NCBI GenBank assembly: GCA_951406725.2
Contig: OX597828.1
Location: forward strand, 53,878,001 to 53,942,000
Origin: Octopus vulgaris
Taxonomy: Eukaryota
Length of the DNA: 64,000 nt
Direction of reading: 5' to 3'
Shown here one piece after another: positions 39,301 to 52,709 of the stretch (position 1 is its first letter; every line of letters begins with the position of its first letter). Below the pieces are notes generated by a model. That model did not search any database. It saw only the letters and a program-made list of their open reading frames with translations, and was not told the origin of the DNA. The position numbers and the translations under genes were made by a program.

Positions 39301-39989
39301 TCCCAATATTTCATCCAAGACTTTTACCTAAAAATGTAAATGAAGGCGAGAGACATTTATTTTCAGTTTCTTGAAGTAATCTCCTCTTTCTTTGAGAGTT
39401 GCTAACAATAACCAAGTTCTTTTTTTTCTTTTTCTCCAACTAAAAGAGAAATTTCCATGGCAATGTATTGGTGTGGGATATATGAAAGACAATATAAATT
39501 GAAGTATGGAATGTGGGGCCGTAAAAAGGGTTCCATTGGCTTGAAGTATGAGTAGAGAATAATATGCGTCCCCAAAGTCCATCCCTCCTCACCGGGGTGG
39601 GGACGCTGGCAACGGGTAGTGTCAGAGCTATGCCGTCGGGAACTTCGGTTCCTGGTAGGGCCACTCAAGGCGGATTGGTCTGACACCGAGCAGTATTAGA
39701 GTCACAATCGGTGAAAATCCTCGGAGTGTTTCGGCAACCGGCGGCTCCTCGGTCGTTCTGTCCCTGCGTCTGCGGACAATCTGCGGCTAACAGGATGTCT
39801 CTACATGCGGGATTATTGGGGACCGCTTGTGAAATCCACATATTCCCACCAAACTTCTTCCAAGGAAGAAGCTGACTCAACCCGCCCAGGGTGAATGTCG
39901 CCACAATTACAAGTAAGAGAATAATATGAATGCGAGGAGGAATTGAGTCATGCATGGTGATTATAAAAAGTGGTTATTTATTGTCATAA

Positions 39990-40650
39990 GAATTCCATTC
40001 AATTCTCACTGGTTGTTAATGGTTGGCTGGTGTTCGTCTTTTTTTTTCTATTATCAGAATTGCTTCTTTTATCCGTAGTTTTCCGATATTGACGTCTACA
40101 ACTGTGATGGTAACTGTGATATCGTTCTTAATGTTCTTGAATGTTTCAATGTCAATTTGTTTGAAAGGTGATCTCGCAAACTCAGGAACGTCCTTGGATT
40201 CAGATGTCTAAAAGACGAATCATTCTACCAAGGTCAGATTTTGGCATACTGCATCTGATGTACGTCATAAGTTCACAAATACATGTCTGCGCGATGGGTG
40301 GAGCAGTTGGCTAGTATGCCCAAGTTTCTGTCCTTGGGGAAACGTTACCTTGAAAGGATTTTCCAAAGGGGGTGTCTCGAGTGGATCAGCTTTAAATCAA
40401 GACCTTCCTTACGGATGTCCTTTCTGCTAACAATGATTTTACTGCCACTGGATGGAAACAAGTGATAGGATTTTCCCCCGTCTCTTGGGCTTCGATGACT
40501 AGAAACAACTGACAACAGTTGCTGAACATCCATTGACTTCCAGCATATTTTAGAATGGAAGGCCAGATCGTCTGACACCTAACACCATTGTAAAGGAATA
40601 TTTTACCCGAAATACCAGGACTAATTAGATATGCCAAAGGTAACATTTCA
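39990..40650 (-). mobile_element. PLE GIY-YIG C-terminal remnant
   Basis: DVNIGKLRIKEAILIIE/HQPTINNQ and TCICELMTYI. Confidence 0.55.
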
Positions 40651-41354
40651 AAATCTTCGTTATTGGTACTATTGACATTTAATATTCAATCTACGTCGCA
40701 ACAGTCTCCATAACATACAAACTTTCGATTCATACTTTATTTTGAAACAGTGTTACATATCAAATATTAAAAACTTTACACTTATACCTACGACCTTACC
40801 ATTGATATTCTATTCTGATACCATAATTCTGTTGAGGGTATTAGAACGAAGGATAAATGTTATAGTTACCTTGTGTTTTTGACACTTTCGAAGGCATTAA
40901 CCTAGCTTGCTGGCATTCCAATTGTTTCTCCTGCAAAAAGAAAAAAGAAATATTTGTATTAAATTATTAAAGTCACACACATTCCTCCATTACATATTTA
41001 CAAAAGTACATGAACCACATCCAATCTTATATCGTCATCATAATTATCAACATCATTTAACGTCTGTTTTCCATGCTAGCATGAGTTGGACGGCTTGAAA
41101 GGAGCTAGCTAGGCCGGGGTTCAAACCAGTCTCCAGTCTGTTCTGGCATGGTTTCTACGGCTGGATGCCCTTCCTAACACCAACCACTTTACAGAGTGTA
41201 ATGGGTGCTTTTACACGTGGCACCATCACCTGCATCAATTCTGCTGCGGTGGGCGGGTCCTTCTGAGTACAGAAATGGCGCTAGATATCTCGGACCTTTG
41301 TTACCTCCTTCGTAAGGCCTAGTCTCTTTCCCTCTCTTTACACACACATACACG

Positions 41355-41750
41355 AAGATGTGGCTGTGTGGTAAGATGTTTGATTCTCAACCACATGGTG
41401 CAGGGTTTAGTCCCACTGAGCGACAGCTTGGGCAAGTCTCTTCTACAATAACCTCGGACCGATCAAAGTCCGTGACTGAATTTGATAGACGAAAATTGAA
41501 AGAAGCCCGTCGTATATATGTATATATATATGTTTATGTGTGTTTTTGTTTTTATCCTCCACCATCACTACCTACAATCAGTGCTGGTGTGTTTACATCC
41601 CTGTAACTTAGCAGTTCGGCACAAGAGACCGATAGAATAATTACCAGACCTTAAAAAATTAAATACAGAGGTCGATACATTCGACTAATAAATTTCCTTG
41701 AAGACGGTGCCTCAGCATAGCTGCAGTCTAATGACTGAAACAAGATTAAG
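41355..41750 (+). mobile_element. SINE family A (old)
   Basis: Collinear with other A copies. Confidence 0.85.
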
Positions 41751-41923
41751 GAGAAAAAAAGTAAAATACAAGGTGGGCCAAAAGTCACGCATTAAAATAT
41801 TTGGCAATTTATTTTTAATACATTATTATAAGTATCATTATTCATTTTGTTCATCATGTACAAGTCCGTATGTAGTCATCATTATTCTATTCATTTAATA
41901 CAAATTTTAGGAAAAATTGACAA

Positions 41924-42075
41924 GGCGCAGGAGTGGCTGAGTGTTAAGTAGCTTGCTTACCAGCCACATGGTTCCGGGTTCCATGTGGCACCTTGGGCAA
42001 GTGTCTTCTACTATAGCCTCTGGCGTGGATTTGGTAGACGGAAACTGAAAGAAGGCCGTCGTATAAATGTATATA

Positions 42076-42135
<60 letters not shown>

Positions 42136-42170
42136 CGACGGCCTTCTTTCAGTTTCCGTCTACCAAATCC

Positions 42171-42249
<79 letters not shown>

Positions 42250-42450
42250 TCTGTTTGCCCCCCCACAACATCGCTTGACAACCGATGCTGGTGCGTTTAC
42301 GTCCTCGTAACTTAGCGGTTTGGCAAAAGAGAACTGATAAAATAAGTACTAGGCTTACAACGAATAAGTCCTGGGGTCGATTTGCTCGACTAAATGCGGT
42401 GCTCCAGCATGGCCGCAGTCAAATGACTGAAACAAGTAAAAGAGAAAGAG
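41924..42450 (+). mobile_element. SINE family A with internal 39-bp inverted duplication
   Basis: 42026-42064 is the exact reverse complement of 42133-42171. Confidence 0.9.
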
Positions 42451-42852
42451 AGAATTCCGTAGCGTACTGAACTCATTTTGAGAGTGACTTTTGGTCCATC
42501 GCATGCGTGTGTATTTGTTATATTACTATTCTTCGACAGTAGCCTTAGTTATGTCTAATAGGGGCCGAGTGCAATCGAAAGTAATTTATAAATAATTAAT
42601 AATAAATAACGGAACTCATTAGTGATTCTAGTGAATGTAAATACAAGCCGAATTGTTCAGCGATGCTATTACAAGAGTGGGTCGCGTCATAATGCAAGAG
42701 AGAGGAGAGGATATTTCGAGAGAAGAGATATACGAAGAGGATGGAGTAAATATTAGCGGAAGGAATTATTTCGCAACAACTTGCGTTATGCTACAGTATT
42801 AGCAAACATTCGCATCAAGCTGCAGCATTAGAAACCACTAATTTTGTTGCAT

Positions 42853-43240
42853 CGTTGTTGGCACTCCGTCGGTTACGACGACGAGGGTTCCAGTTGATCC
42901 GATCAACGGAACAGCCTGCTCGTGAAATTAACGTGCAAGTGGCTGAGCACTCCTCAGACACGTGTACCCTTAACGTAGTTCTCGGGGAGATTCAGCGTGA
43001 CACAGAATGTGACAAGGCCGGCCCTTTGAAATACAGGTACAACAGAAACAGAAAGAAAGAGTGAGAGAAAGTTGTGGTAAAAAAGTGCAGCAGGGTTCGC
43101 CACAATCCCCTGCGGGGGCCTCGTGGAGCTTTACGTGTTTTTGCTCAATAAACACTCATAACGCCCGGTCTGGGAATCGAAACCGCGATGCTACAACAGC
43201 GAGCCAGATGCCCTAACCACTGAGCAATTGCGCCTCCACA
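42853..43240 (-). mobile_element. SINE family C head with tail Y
   Basis: Head matches 24120-24306; 9-bp TSD TTGTTGCAT (42844-42852, 43243-43251). Confidence 0.88.
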
Positions 43241-43464
43241 CATTGTTGCATTAGTAAATTAGCAACCATTGTCATTAGCTGTACTACAACATTACCAACA
43301 GCTCTAATTACATATAGCACAGCGTTTGCAACGACTCTCATTACATCATTTTCATTAGTTACATCACAACATTTGCAACCACTTTTAATCTACAGTATTA
43401 GCAACTACTTTCATTATACCATATCAATAGCAACCACTATCATCATTGCACTAACAACCGGACT

Positions 43465-43640
43465 TTACGTTCCGAGTTCAATTTCCGCCGAGGCCGATTT
43501 TGCCTTTCATCCTTTCGGGATCGATAAATTAAGTACCAGTGAAACACAGAGGTCGATGTATTCGAATAGTCTCCTTCCCCAAAAAATTTCAGGTCTTGTG
43601 TCTTTAGTAGAATGTATTATTATTATTATTATTATCATTA
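43465..43640 (+). mobile_element. SINE family B, 5'-truncated
   Basis: Core domain plus tail 2 and (ATT)n. Confidence 0.8.
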
Positions 43641-44508
43641 TTGAGTGAGAGAGCAACGCATGCCGTCAAAATGACACAAATATATGAAGTCAAAACCACC
43701 CATCCTGACTACCCGTCTCATAAGGGTACACAAGGCGCATGTTATTATTATTATTTACCAGTCCCACCAGAGCAGCAGAAATCACTACTACTACTACTAC
43801 TACGTCCACCATCACTAAACCAGTAGCAAAAAGAGCAGCTGTTCTTATACCTACCACCACCACGCCATCACAAATTGCCATCAACACCACCACCACCTAC
43901 ATTTATTACAGTCTCTACCGGTACACCACCTCCTCCACTACCACCACCACCATCTATATAAACTAATTCTCCCGCACGACCATCACCACTACCGCAGCCG
44001 CTCCATCACCTGAAGCCATATTACCACCAGGCTAGTCGCGTCACACCCAATTTACGCAACAGGACAGAAGAGTGATCCCGGCTTTAATTCTATTGAACAG
44101 GAGCAACGGTAGAAATCACAGCCTGATCGAATTAGACAAGAGACTCCATGGGCTGGGAGAAGAGGGTGGTGGTGGTGGTGACGGTGGCGGTTGACGTGAG
44201 GGGTGGGGGGTTAATGTCGTGGTGACGAGGAGAGGAAGGGGAAGCGGGGGTAGTAAGTTTGCCGTCGACGAGAGCTTTCGTTTTTTTCCTAGACGTAAGT
44301 GGGTGTATGCGCGTGCGAGCGTATGCATGTGTGCGAGTGTGTGTGCGTGTAAAGTGAATTTAAAATATTCACGACAGCCCGCATGGCGTCTTTTTGGCGA
44401 TGTACTTACATTACTCAATATCTCCCTCTCTCTCTCTCCTCAGACACAGACACAATGTAGATACATGCCAGGTTTCGTACAAATTAAGATACACATACCT
44501 ACGAGTGC

Positions 44509-44551
<43 letters not shown>

Positions 44552-45043
44552 AGAGAGTGAGAGGTTATTAAAGGTCCGTCTACAGATAAACGTAAAAAGG
44601 TATATATTTTTTAATAGGAAACTCTACAACAAAATGCAATATTGTTAACTAGACACACGCACACACACACACACACACACAAACACGCACACAGACACAC
44701 GAACACACACACACACGCACGCACACAAACACACACACACACGCACACACACACACACACACACACGATGGGTGGGTTCCGGCACAGTCTCCGCCAACCG
44801 AAATTTTGTCGGAACGTATTAGTTGACTTTAGGTCAAGCCAAGGTGTCACTAGATGGGATCGAACCTGAAACGGCGCAGATGTGAGACGAACTTCTTAGT
44901 TAGACAGCATTGGACTGCGGCCACGCTGGGGCATCGCCTTGAAGGTTTACAGCCTAACTATTCGATCCCAATCAGTTTTTTAAAGCCTGGTACGTATTCT
45001 ATTGGTCCCTTACACTGAATACACACATACGTATACATGTATA

Positions 45044-45671
45044 GGATCTTTTCGGTTTGACCGGCAGTTTTTAAAAATAATTTATACGTAACTAAACACT
45101 TTTAAACTTCGTATATTGGTAGAATGTGGGATCTTTTCAATATCGTGGCCAGGACCCCAGATCTTTCTAGTTAACTAAATAATTTGAAACTTCGTGTACT
45201 CATAGAGTGGAACTAGTTTATTCGCCAGTTGGAATTAGTTTATTTGAGAAAAATCTATTTTATGACTTTAATCGTAGATTAAAACTGCGAATTTTAACCA
45301 ATGAGATTGCTTGTTTTCATATGTAAAACGTTACTGCGATCTGTTAGTGTGACGTTGAAAGCAGTTTTGACGTAGTCTGCTCTCTCTTTGTAAGTCTGTC
45401 TGCCTCCCCCTCTCTTACTATATTACATTTATCTTGCTTGAACTCATTGAAATAAAACGTCCTCCTTTTTTTCTGTCTGTCTGCCCTTTTCTCTCTCTCT
45501 CTCCCTCTCTCTCTCTCTCTCTATCTATCTATCTGTATATATGTATGTTCATATATGTATGTAAATATTTATGAATTAAATAAACACACATATTCGTGCG
45601 GATGTATTAAATATCTAAAATGTGTGAGCCTTATATAATTAAACTGATGATATATATATATATATATACAC

Positions 45672-45704
<33 letters not shown>

Positions 45705-46410
45705 CGTGCGTGTAATGTATGTATAATTATATATATGCGTGTGTGAGCGTGTGTGTGTGTGTGTGTGTGATGAAAGGCAAAATCGACCTCGGCGGAGATG
45801 CCACTTCTTAATAGCAAACGAAAGCGCTTTGTTTACATTTAAGATGTTTAATACGTCACGAAATTGGTGGTCGAGACGGAGTAAATAAAATAAAGCCGAA
45901 TGACGGAATATCATTGGTTAAAATTCTAATTATTAAACAACGTTAAACTTAGAAGTTACAATTCCGTTTTCATTCTGGTTTACAATTAAGTTTACTTTTG
46001 ACACATTCTACCAGTATACGAAGTTTCAAATTGTTTGGTTCAGTAGGAAAAATTTGAAAAAACTGGCTTCAGAATAGAAAAGATCCAGAATGTGTTTATA
46101 AAACATATTTTTCTCTTGGCTTTATTGAGAAAATTCTATAGTTTGTAAGATGTTTTTTTCTTCAATTTCTGCAATTTCAACCAATCAATGACGTCTATTG
46201 AGCTGAAAACATTCTGTGCCGTATGAATATGTCCCTCGTTTAAGAAACAGATTGGGTTTATTTACATTTCTGAAAAAAAAAAAGATACCCTTCCCCCACC
46301 CCTAACCCTAAAACAGATTGAAATGCAATAGGTCGATACAAGGGTATAATTATGGGTGACAATTTCATATGACACCGCTAGAAAAACTGCCGTTCAAACC
46401 GAAAAGATCC
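45044..46410. mobile_element. Merlin-like non-autonomous DNA transposon (outer)
   Basis: TIRs GGATCTTTTCGGTTTGACCGGCAGTTTTT / AAAAACTGCCGTTCAAACCGAAAAGATCC; perfect 8-bp TSD CATGTATA (45036-45043, 46411-46418). Confidence 0.85.
45129..46086. mobile_element. Merlin-like element (inner, nested)
   Basis: GGATCTTTTC .. GAAAAGATCC; perfect 8-bp TSD AGAATGTG (45121-45128, 46087-46094). Confidence 0.85.
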
Positions 46411-46671
46411 CATGTATATATTAAACGTATAACTACATGCGCACGTGGTGTGTATGTGAGTGTGTATGCGTTAACTTACTAATGTTGAACACAAATCTCT
46501 GGGTTTTTTTTCCATACAACCGTCAGCTCTGAGTAGTTCCATAAACTGATCATATGTCTTATAGCCTTATATTGTTGATCACAGAAAGAATTATACACAC
46601 CGCCTGATGAGAAAGAGTTTTCGAAACAGAAGTGATGTGTGTTAACCGGCTTCCCGAACTTAAACGTTGGT

Positions 46672-46727
<56 letters not shown>

Positions 46728-46916
46728 TATATTCCTTTATTTGTTTCAGTCATTTGACTGCGGCCATGCTGGAGCATCACGATTAGTCGAACAAATCGAC
46801 TCCAGGACTTATGCTTTGTAAGCCCAGTACTTAATCTATCGTTTTTTTTTAGCTGAACCGCTAAGTTACGGGAACGTAAACACACCAACATCATTTGTCA
46901 AGCGATGGTGGTGGGA

Positions 46917-46965
<49 letters not shown>

Positions 46966-47245
46966 TGGGTACGGTAGATGAGTTTGCCAAAAATTTAGAT
47001 TCAGATGAATATGGTACTTAAGTTGAGGCACCAGAATTTAGTACGGTATTATCCATACAATTTCAAAATAAAGTAATTAAAATCAAAATAAGCAACAAGG
47101 ATAGCTAGAGGTAATGCAGTACGATCGTTTCATGCAACTATATTTAATTGAAAAAATGCAATCATTACATCAACTTCTTGGAGATATTAGGTATAATTAT
47201 ACTAATGTGTCCATCTGGTTCAATTTAATGAAATTCTATGTCTTT

Positions 47246-47333
47246 GTGCAGCTGAGAATAGCTCTGCATTTAAATTGATGTAATGATTGCATTGTTCAAT
47301 TAAATGGAGTTGCATGAAACGATCGTACTGCAT
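47246..47333 (+). ncRNA. Type I hammerhead motif 1 of a tandem pair (variant core)
   Basis: GTGCAG CTGAGAA [long hairpin] GAAAC GATC GTA CTGCAT. Confidence 0.65.
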
Positions 47334-47412
47334 TACCTCTGGATATCCATGTTGCTTATTTTGCGAGTGTACTGGCATAGATGTGGCAACATTTGAAATA
47401 TTGTCGAGGTTT

Positions 47413-47483
47413 ATGCAGCTGATGAGGATAAATCAAATATACGTTTGGCAATCGATTTTGAAAAATCCGAAACCGTACTGCAT
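47413..47483 (+). ncRNA. Minimal type I hammerhead ribozyme, intact core
   Basis: ATGCAG CTGATGA GGAT..ATCC GAAAC C GTA CTGCAT; 6-bp stem I; predicted cleavage after 47477. Confidence 0.85.
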
Positions 47484-48914
47484 TATCCGTTATCTGGATA
47501 TGTTCTTGAGGTATGCAATTTTTTTCATGTTTGTTGCACACACGCATCTTTATTAGTACATATGAATATACATTAGCGTCGCGTTCGCTATTTTCAGTAA
47601 ATATCGGTGCTTCCGCCATTTATTTACCTTTATATATCCACTTGCAAGGCTTTGGTCGGCCCGAGGCTATAGTACAAGGCACTTTCCCAACATGCCACGC
47701 AGTGGGACTAAACCCGGAACCACGTGGTTGGTAAGCAAGCTACTTTCCATGTACTGTGTGCTATTTTTCATGCGTTCTCCTCCAAAACCTACACACGCAC
47801 ACACACACACACATATACATTCATACACCTGCATTCCTTTTTATACGAGCGCGCGTGTATGTGTACATACATATACACTGCTATGTTGAGAACGATAAAA
47901 AGGAGAAGCAGACACGAATTTTGGTAAACATGTACCGTAAGCATGAAATTTCTTTGTTTAATTCAAGAACACGACGTTTCTCTACTTGATGATGGTGGAA
48001 ATTGGTAGATTCCGTATTTGTGAGTGTCTCTTTTTCTGTCTGTTGGCCTGTTTGTATGTGTGAATGTGTGTGTGTACAGACACACACACACACACACACA
48101 GTCACAAGAAGTACTGAACTTTATGTAACAGTGTGTGTCTCCTGTTTTTGTGTAGCTTTTATTGCACAGGAATGCAGAATATCTTTATAAGAGTAGAAAC
48201 CTGATGTATCTAAATATTATACAAGGGCGCACAACCTATACACGCAGAGTTCGCACGTGGAAGAGACTACAGAAGTAATCCCATACCATTAGTTTCATAT
48301 ATTTCCGCAGAAAAACGTGATCACCAGTGACGATACGCATAAGAAAACAGAAAAGAAAAAAAAGGAGACACACGTGTACACAGAAAACGCGCAGGCATGT
48401 TCATATATATCTTTTATATACATTCGCATTTAAAATGTGAGAATATTAGTCATATTTATACACTCAACTCTATTTCATTAAATACATTAAAAAAAAAAGA
48501 CAAACGTATTGTCATAGTGTTTGGGGTGTGAACAATAAAGACTTGAATTATAATTCATCACTTGAAACAAGTGGAGACACACACACACACACAAAACGAA
48601 AACCAGTCGACGCCAGACAGCAATACATTGAGACCGATGTTGTAAGAGGAAGAGATCCGCTCGATGAGCGGGAAAATGAAACAGCGATACGAGGCGTCAA
48701 TAAGAAAGCATAAGTCATAAGTCATATGTGGCACACGTGATGCAGGAGATTCGTGAACCTATTGTCTCGTTTAGGACGTGCGATCGGTGGAGCAACGGAA
48801 GGAAGAAAAAAAAAATGATCGCGCCAAATACCAAACTCTTCTTTTGGCATCATCATCACCATCGCCGCCACTGAATTGCCATTATTGTACAATGGAGAGA
48901 AAGGAGAGAGAGAA

Positions 48915-48947
<33 letters not shown>

Positions 48948-49106
48948 TGTGCTGATAGAGACGTAGAAGTAAGAGATAGGCAGCTCTTATACCAGTTCTT
49001 CGGAACAGCCTTAAGAGGAATGCTGCCATGATGACTGACCTCCCAAAGACTTGAGTGGTAGGAAAAAGAGACCTCACCTTCTCTCTCTCCTTTCTCTCTC
49101 TATAGA

Positions 49107-49143
<37 letters not shown>

Positions 49144-49144
49144 G

Positions 49145-49184
<40 letters not shown>

Positions 49185-49819
49185 TGTGTGTGTGTAGCTT
49201 AATTGTCAGGAATCTATAATGGTTGCTGTTATTGTGAGAGACATACCAAACTAAGGAAGAAAAAAAAAGCAAACACAATTTCCTAGACTGAAGCCATTAG
49301 TAGCACCAAGCCGAGTGAAGAGCGTGAGTGAGCAAATACTCTCTCCCTCCTCCGCCCAGCCCGATCGAGTCCTTTCGTCAGCTTTATAGAGTGTGAAGTT
49401 GCTGGTTGAGTGGAGAAGGATAATGGCTGAAATAGCCAAATGTATAAAGAATTGCACACAAAGTTGATGCTGTTGTTGTCTATCAGCTACAGGTTATTGT
49501 TGTTGCTTAGCTCCCTTTGTTGTTGTATCAGCTCTAATCAAATAGAGATCTCGGATCGAAGGCGTTACAATCGTGACCATTTCGACAGATTTTTTTCTCT
49601 TCTTCTTACACACTGTAAGTAGGACAAAATCATTCACTACTTCCTTTCGTGTGTAGCGTAATTGCAGAAGCATTTGGCTGTAGATTCTTGTTAATTCGAG
49701 CAACGATGGGGTCTCTGTGGGTTCGTATATTTCTGAATCTTGTTTAGTCTCGATTAGAAATCTGACGGAATTTTTTTTTTTTTTTTATACGCTGGGTAAA
49801 ATATTATAATTATTATTTA

Positions 49820-50160
49820 GGCGGCGAGCTGGCTGAATCGTTAACACGTTGGACGAAAATGCTTAGCGGTGTTTCGCCCGTTGCTACGTTCTGAGTTCAA
49901 ATTCCGCCGAAGTCGACTTTGCCTTTCATCCTTTCGGGGTCGATAAATTAAGTACCAGTGAAACACTGGGGATCGATGTAATCGACTAGTCCCTTCACCC
50001 AAAAGTTCATGCCTTCTGCCCGCCGAGGTCAACTTTGCCTTTTATCCTTTCGGGGTCGATAAATTAAGAACCAGTCAAGTACTGGGGTCGATGTAATCGA
50101 CTATCCCTCTCCCCATAAATTCCAAGCCTTGTGCCCATAGTACAATGGATTATTATTATT
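49820..50160 (+). mobile_element. SINE family B with duplicated core
   Basis: Two successive GCCTTTCATCCTTTCGGGGTCGATAAA-type domains. Confidence 0.85.
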
Positions 50161-50169
50161 TGGGGCTAG

Positions 50170-50600
50170 CAAAGACTAGGACAAAGCGCTTGGCATCTGG
50201 AATGTCTTCAAGCGCCCCTAGACCTCACCCAGTTGAGCCATGCTGTCGGTATTGAAGTTCAATCAGGTCCTTCTATAGAGAGGGTTAGTGACAGGCAAGA
50301 GCGACGGCATTCTCAAAGAAATCAAGCGTCGGTAGAAATCAATTGGCTGGTCTGCTCAGGTGGACTTTCAGGCCGGGGCCCATTGATAATTTCCAGAAAT
50401 CTCTGGCCTAGCAATGAAATCGTTGTGTGCCTGTGTGTATAGATGGAACTTTGTAGGTTCGAGATAAATTTTGCAGGCACAGAAATGCTACCAGCCGAGT
50501 TTTCTCGAGATGCGTGCAGAATGACAAGTCAAACGATCGGGACTCCTCACCGAAAATGTGTGGCCTTGACGTAATATGGAAAAAATCAGCATTACTTTCA
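50170..50600 (+). mobile_element. L1/Tx1-like LINE ORF2 remnant (pre-zinc-finger region)
   Basis: WTFRPGPIDNFQKSLA*Q..VRDKFCRHRNATSRVFSRCVQND. Confidence 0.65.
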
Positions 50601-50714
50601 GCATATGACTTATTTATTTTAACGCGTCTCGTCCTCGTCCCAGGGAGAACGGGTGGCAGAGCCGACTTCGCCGTGACTTGAACTTGATACAGGCGTGACT
50701 CTGTGATAAGAAGC

Positions 50715-51045
50715 TTGTTTCCGATCACATCGTACCGGGTTCATTCCCACTGCTTGGCACTTTGGTTGCAAGTATCTTCAACTATAGTTTCGGACCAACC
50801 AAAGCTTTGTGAGTGGATTTGGTAGACGGAAACTGAAAGAAGTCCGTCACGCGCGCGCGTGTCGCACCATCATTGCTTGACAACCAGTGTTGGTGTGTGT
50901 ACCTCCCCGTAACTTAGCGGTTCGACAAAAGGGATCGGTAGAATAAGTACCAGGCTTTTTTAAAACATGTACTGGGGTCGATTCCTTAAGGCGGTGCCCC
51001 AGCATGGTCGCAGTCTAATGACTGCAACAAGTAAAAGATAAATAA
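50715..51045 (+). mobile_element. SINE family A
   Basis: Collinear with other A copies. Confidence 0.85.
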
Positions 51046-51624
51046 ATAAGGAATACAACTAATTCCTGTTAGACATTTCTAAAACGTTTCTGCCAGCATT
51101 GGAACTCGGTGTAAAAGCAGCAAATAACCTTCTATTATACAAACGCAACCAGAAAAACAGAAAATTTCGGTATACTTCCTGGTATTTGATTGCCAATTAA
51201 TGAAAACAAAATTTCTTGACAACAACAACAAATAAAAGTTAAAAGTAAAAACAAAACAATTTTTAAAAAAAATATAACTAAAACAAAGAGTGGGCGGAAG
51301 AAGAAGAAGAAGAAGAAGAAGAAGAAAATGAGGAATTTTTCATTATTCAACTTGGGAATGTCACAGAAATCTAAGAAAAAAAGGGTTCGCAGATGGAACT
51401 AAAGAGTAAATAATTCTATAAACTATGACAGAGGATTTGGTAAAGTGTATGCGTGGGGTGGGGGAGTGATGGCGGTGGCTTGGGTGGATGGCTTCGTTTA
51501 ATTATGCGTGTGTGTGCGGGGTGCATGAGGTGTCTGTGCTTGTATGAGTATGTCTATTTTTTAGCGTGTATATTTGTATGTGTGTTTGCGTTGATGAGAG
51601 TATGTCTAGTATTCTTTTATTATT

Positions 51625-52085
51625 TTGTTTGTCATTTTGACTGCGGCCATGCTGGGGCACCGCTATAAAGGGTTTCAGTCGAAGAACTCGACCCCAGGAC
51701 TTATTTCTATCGGCCTCTTTTGCCGAACCGCTTATGTTACGGGGACGTAAACGCACCAGCATCAGTTATCAAGCGATGTTCGGGGCAGGGGACAAAAATA
51801 GACACATACACACAAATACATATATTTCATTTCTTTATTGCTCACAAGAGGCTAAATAATACAGGGGACAAACAAGGACAGACAAAGGAATTAAGTCGAT
51901 TACATCGACCCCAGTGTGTAACTGGTACTTAATTTATCGACCCCGAAAGGATGAAAGGCAAAGTCGACCTCGGTGAAATTTGAACTCAGAACGTAGCGGC
52001 AGATGAAATACTGCTAAGAATTTCGCCCGGCGCCCTAACATTTCTGCCAGCTCGCCACCTTGCATATATTTATGTAAGGTGTTAT

Positions 52086-52176
<91 letters not shown>

Positions 52177-52325
52177 CATACATATATTTATGACGGGCTT
52201 CTTTCAGTTTCCGTCTACCAAATCCACTCACAAGGTTTTGGTCGGGCCGAGGTTATAGAAAAAGACACTTGCGCAAGGTGCCACGCAGTGGGACTGAACC
52301 CATAACTGTGTGGTTGGGAAGTAAG
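51625..52325 (-). mobile_element. SINE family A interrupted by SINE family B (51826-52060)
   Basis: A 3' half 51625-51825, B copy, microsatellite, A 5' half 52190-52325. Confidence 0.85.
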
Positions 52326-52709
52326 TGTATTTCTATGTGCGTTGTATGTGGTACGTCCTTATATTCACGTGTGTGTGTGTGTGTGCTTGGTGTGTATATT
52401 TGTGGGCTTTGCCATAATTCTAGTGTGCCCAAAAGAAAATTGTCACTCGTCATAAATCTCTCTCCCTCAGTTGATGTGGAAGTGCATGTAAAGGGAAGAT
52501 GGCAGAACAGACAAACATGACAGCCGACATAATAAAAAATGGGACAACGACGGTGGCGGTGGTATTAGTCGTGATAGTACGTGCGGTGGGTTCACAGCAG
52601 TGTTAGTGATGGCTTTACTGGTAAGAATGGTGGTGGTGTTAGTAGTACTAGCAGAGTAATTAGTAACGGTTGGCATGTTGTCGAGGGTTTGGAGCTGATA
52701 GTGGTTCAT

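Larger units (their letters stand above)
46735..47748 (-). mobile_element. SINE family A split by a hammerhead-bearing insertion (about 46965-47635)
   Basis: 3' half at 46735-46950, 5' half at 47636-47748. Confidence 0.75.

Noticed and set aside
39560-39955. GC-rich island with a 96-aa ORF resembling a signal peptide
   Set aside because: No splice support or recognisable domain; + strand SVKILGVF suggests a decayed LINE fragment
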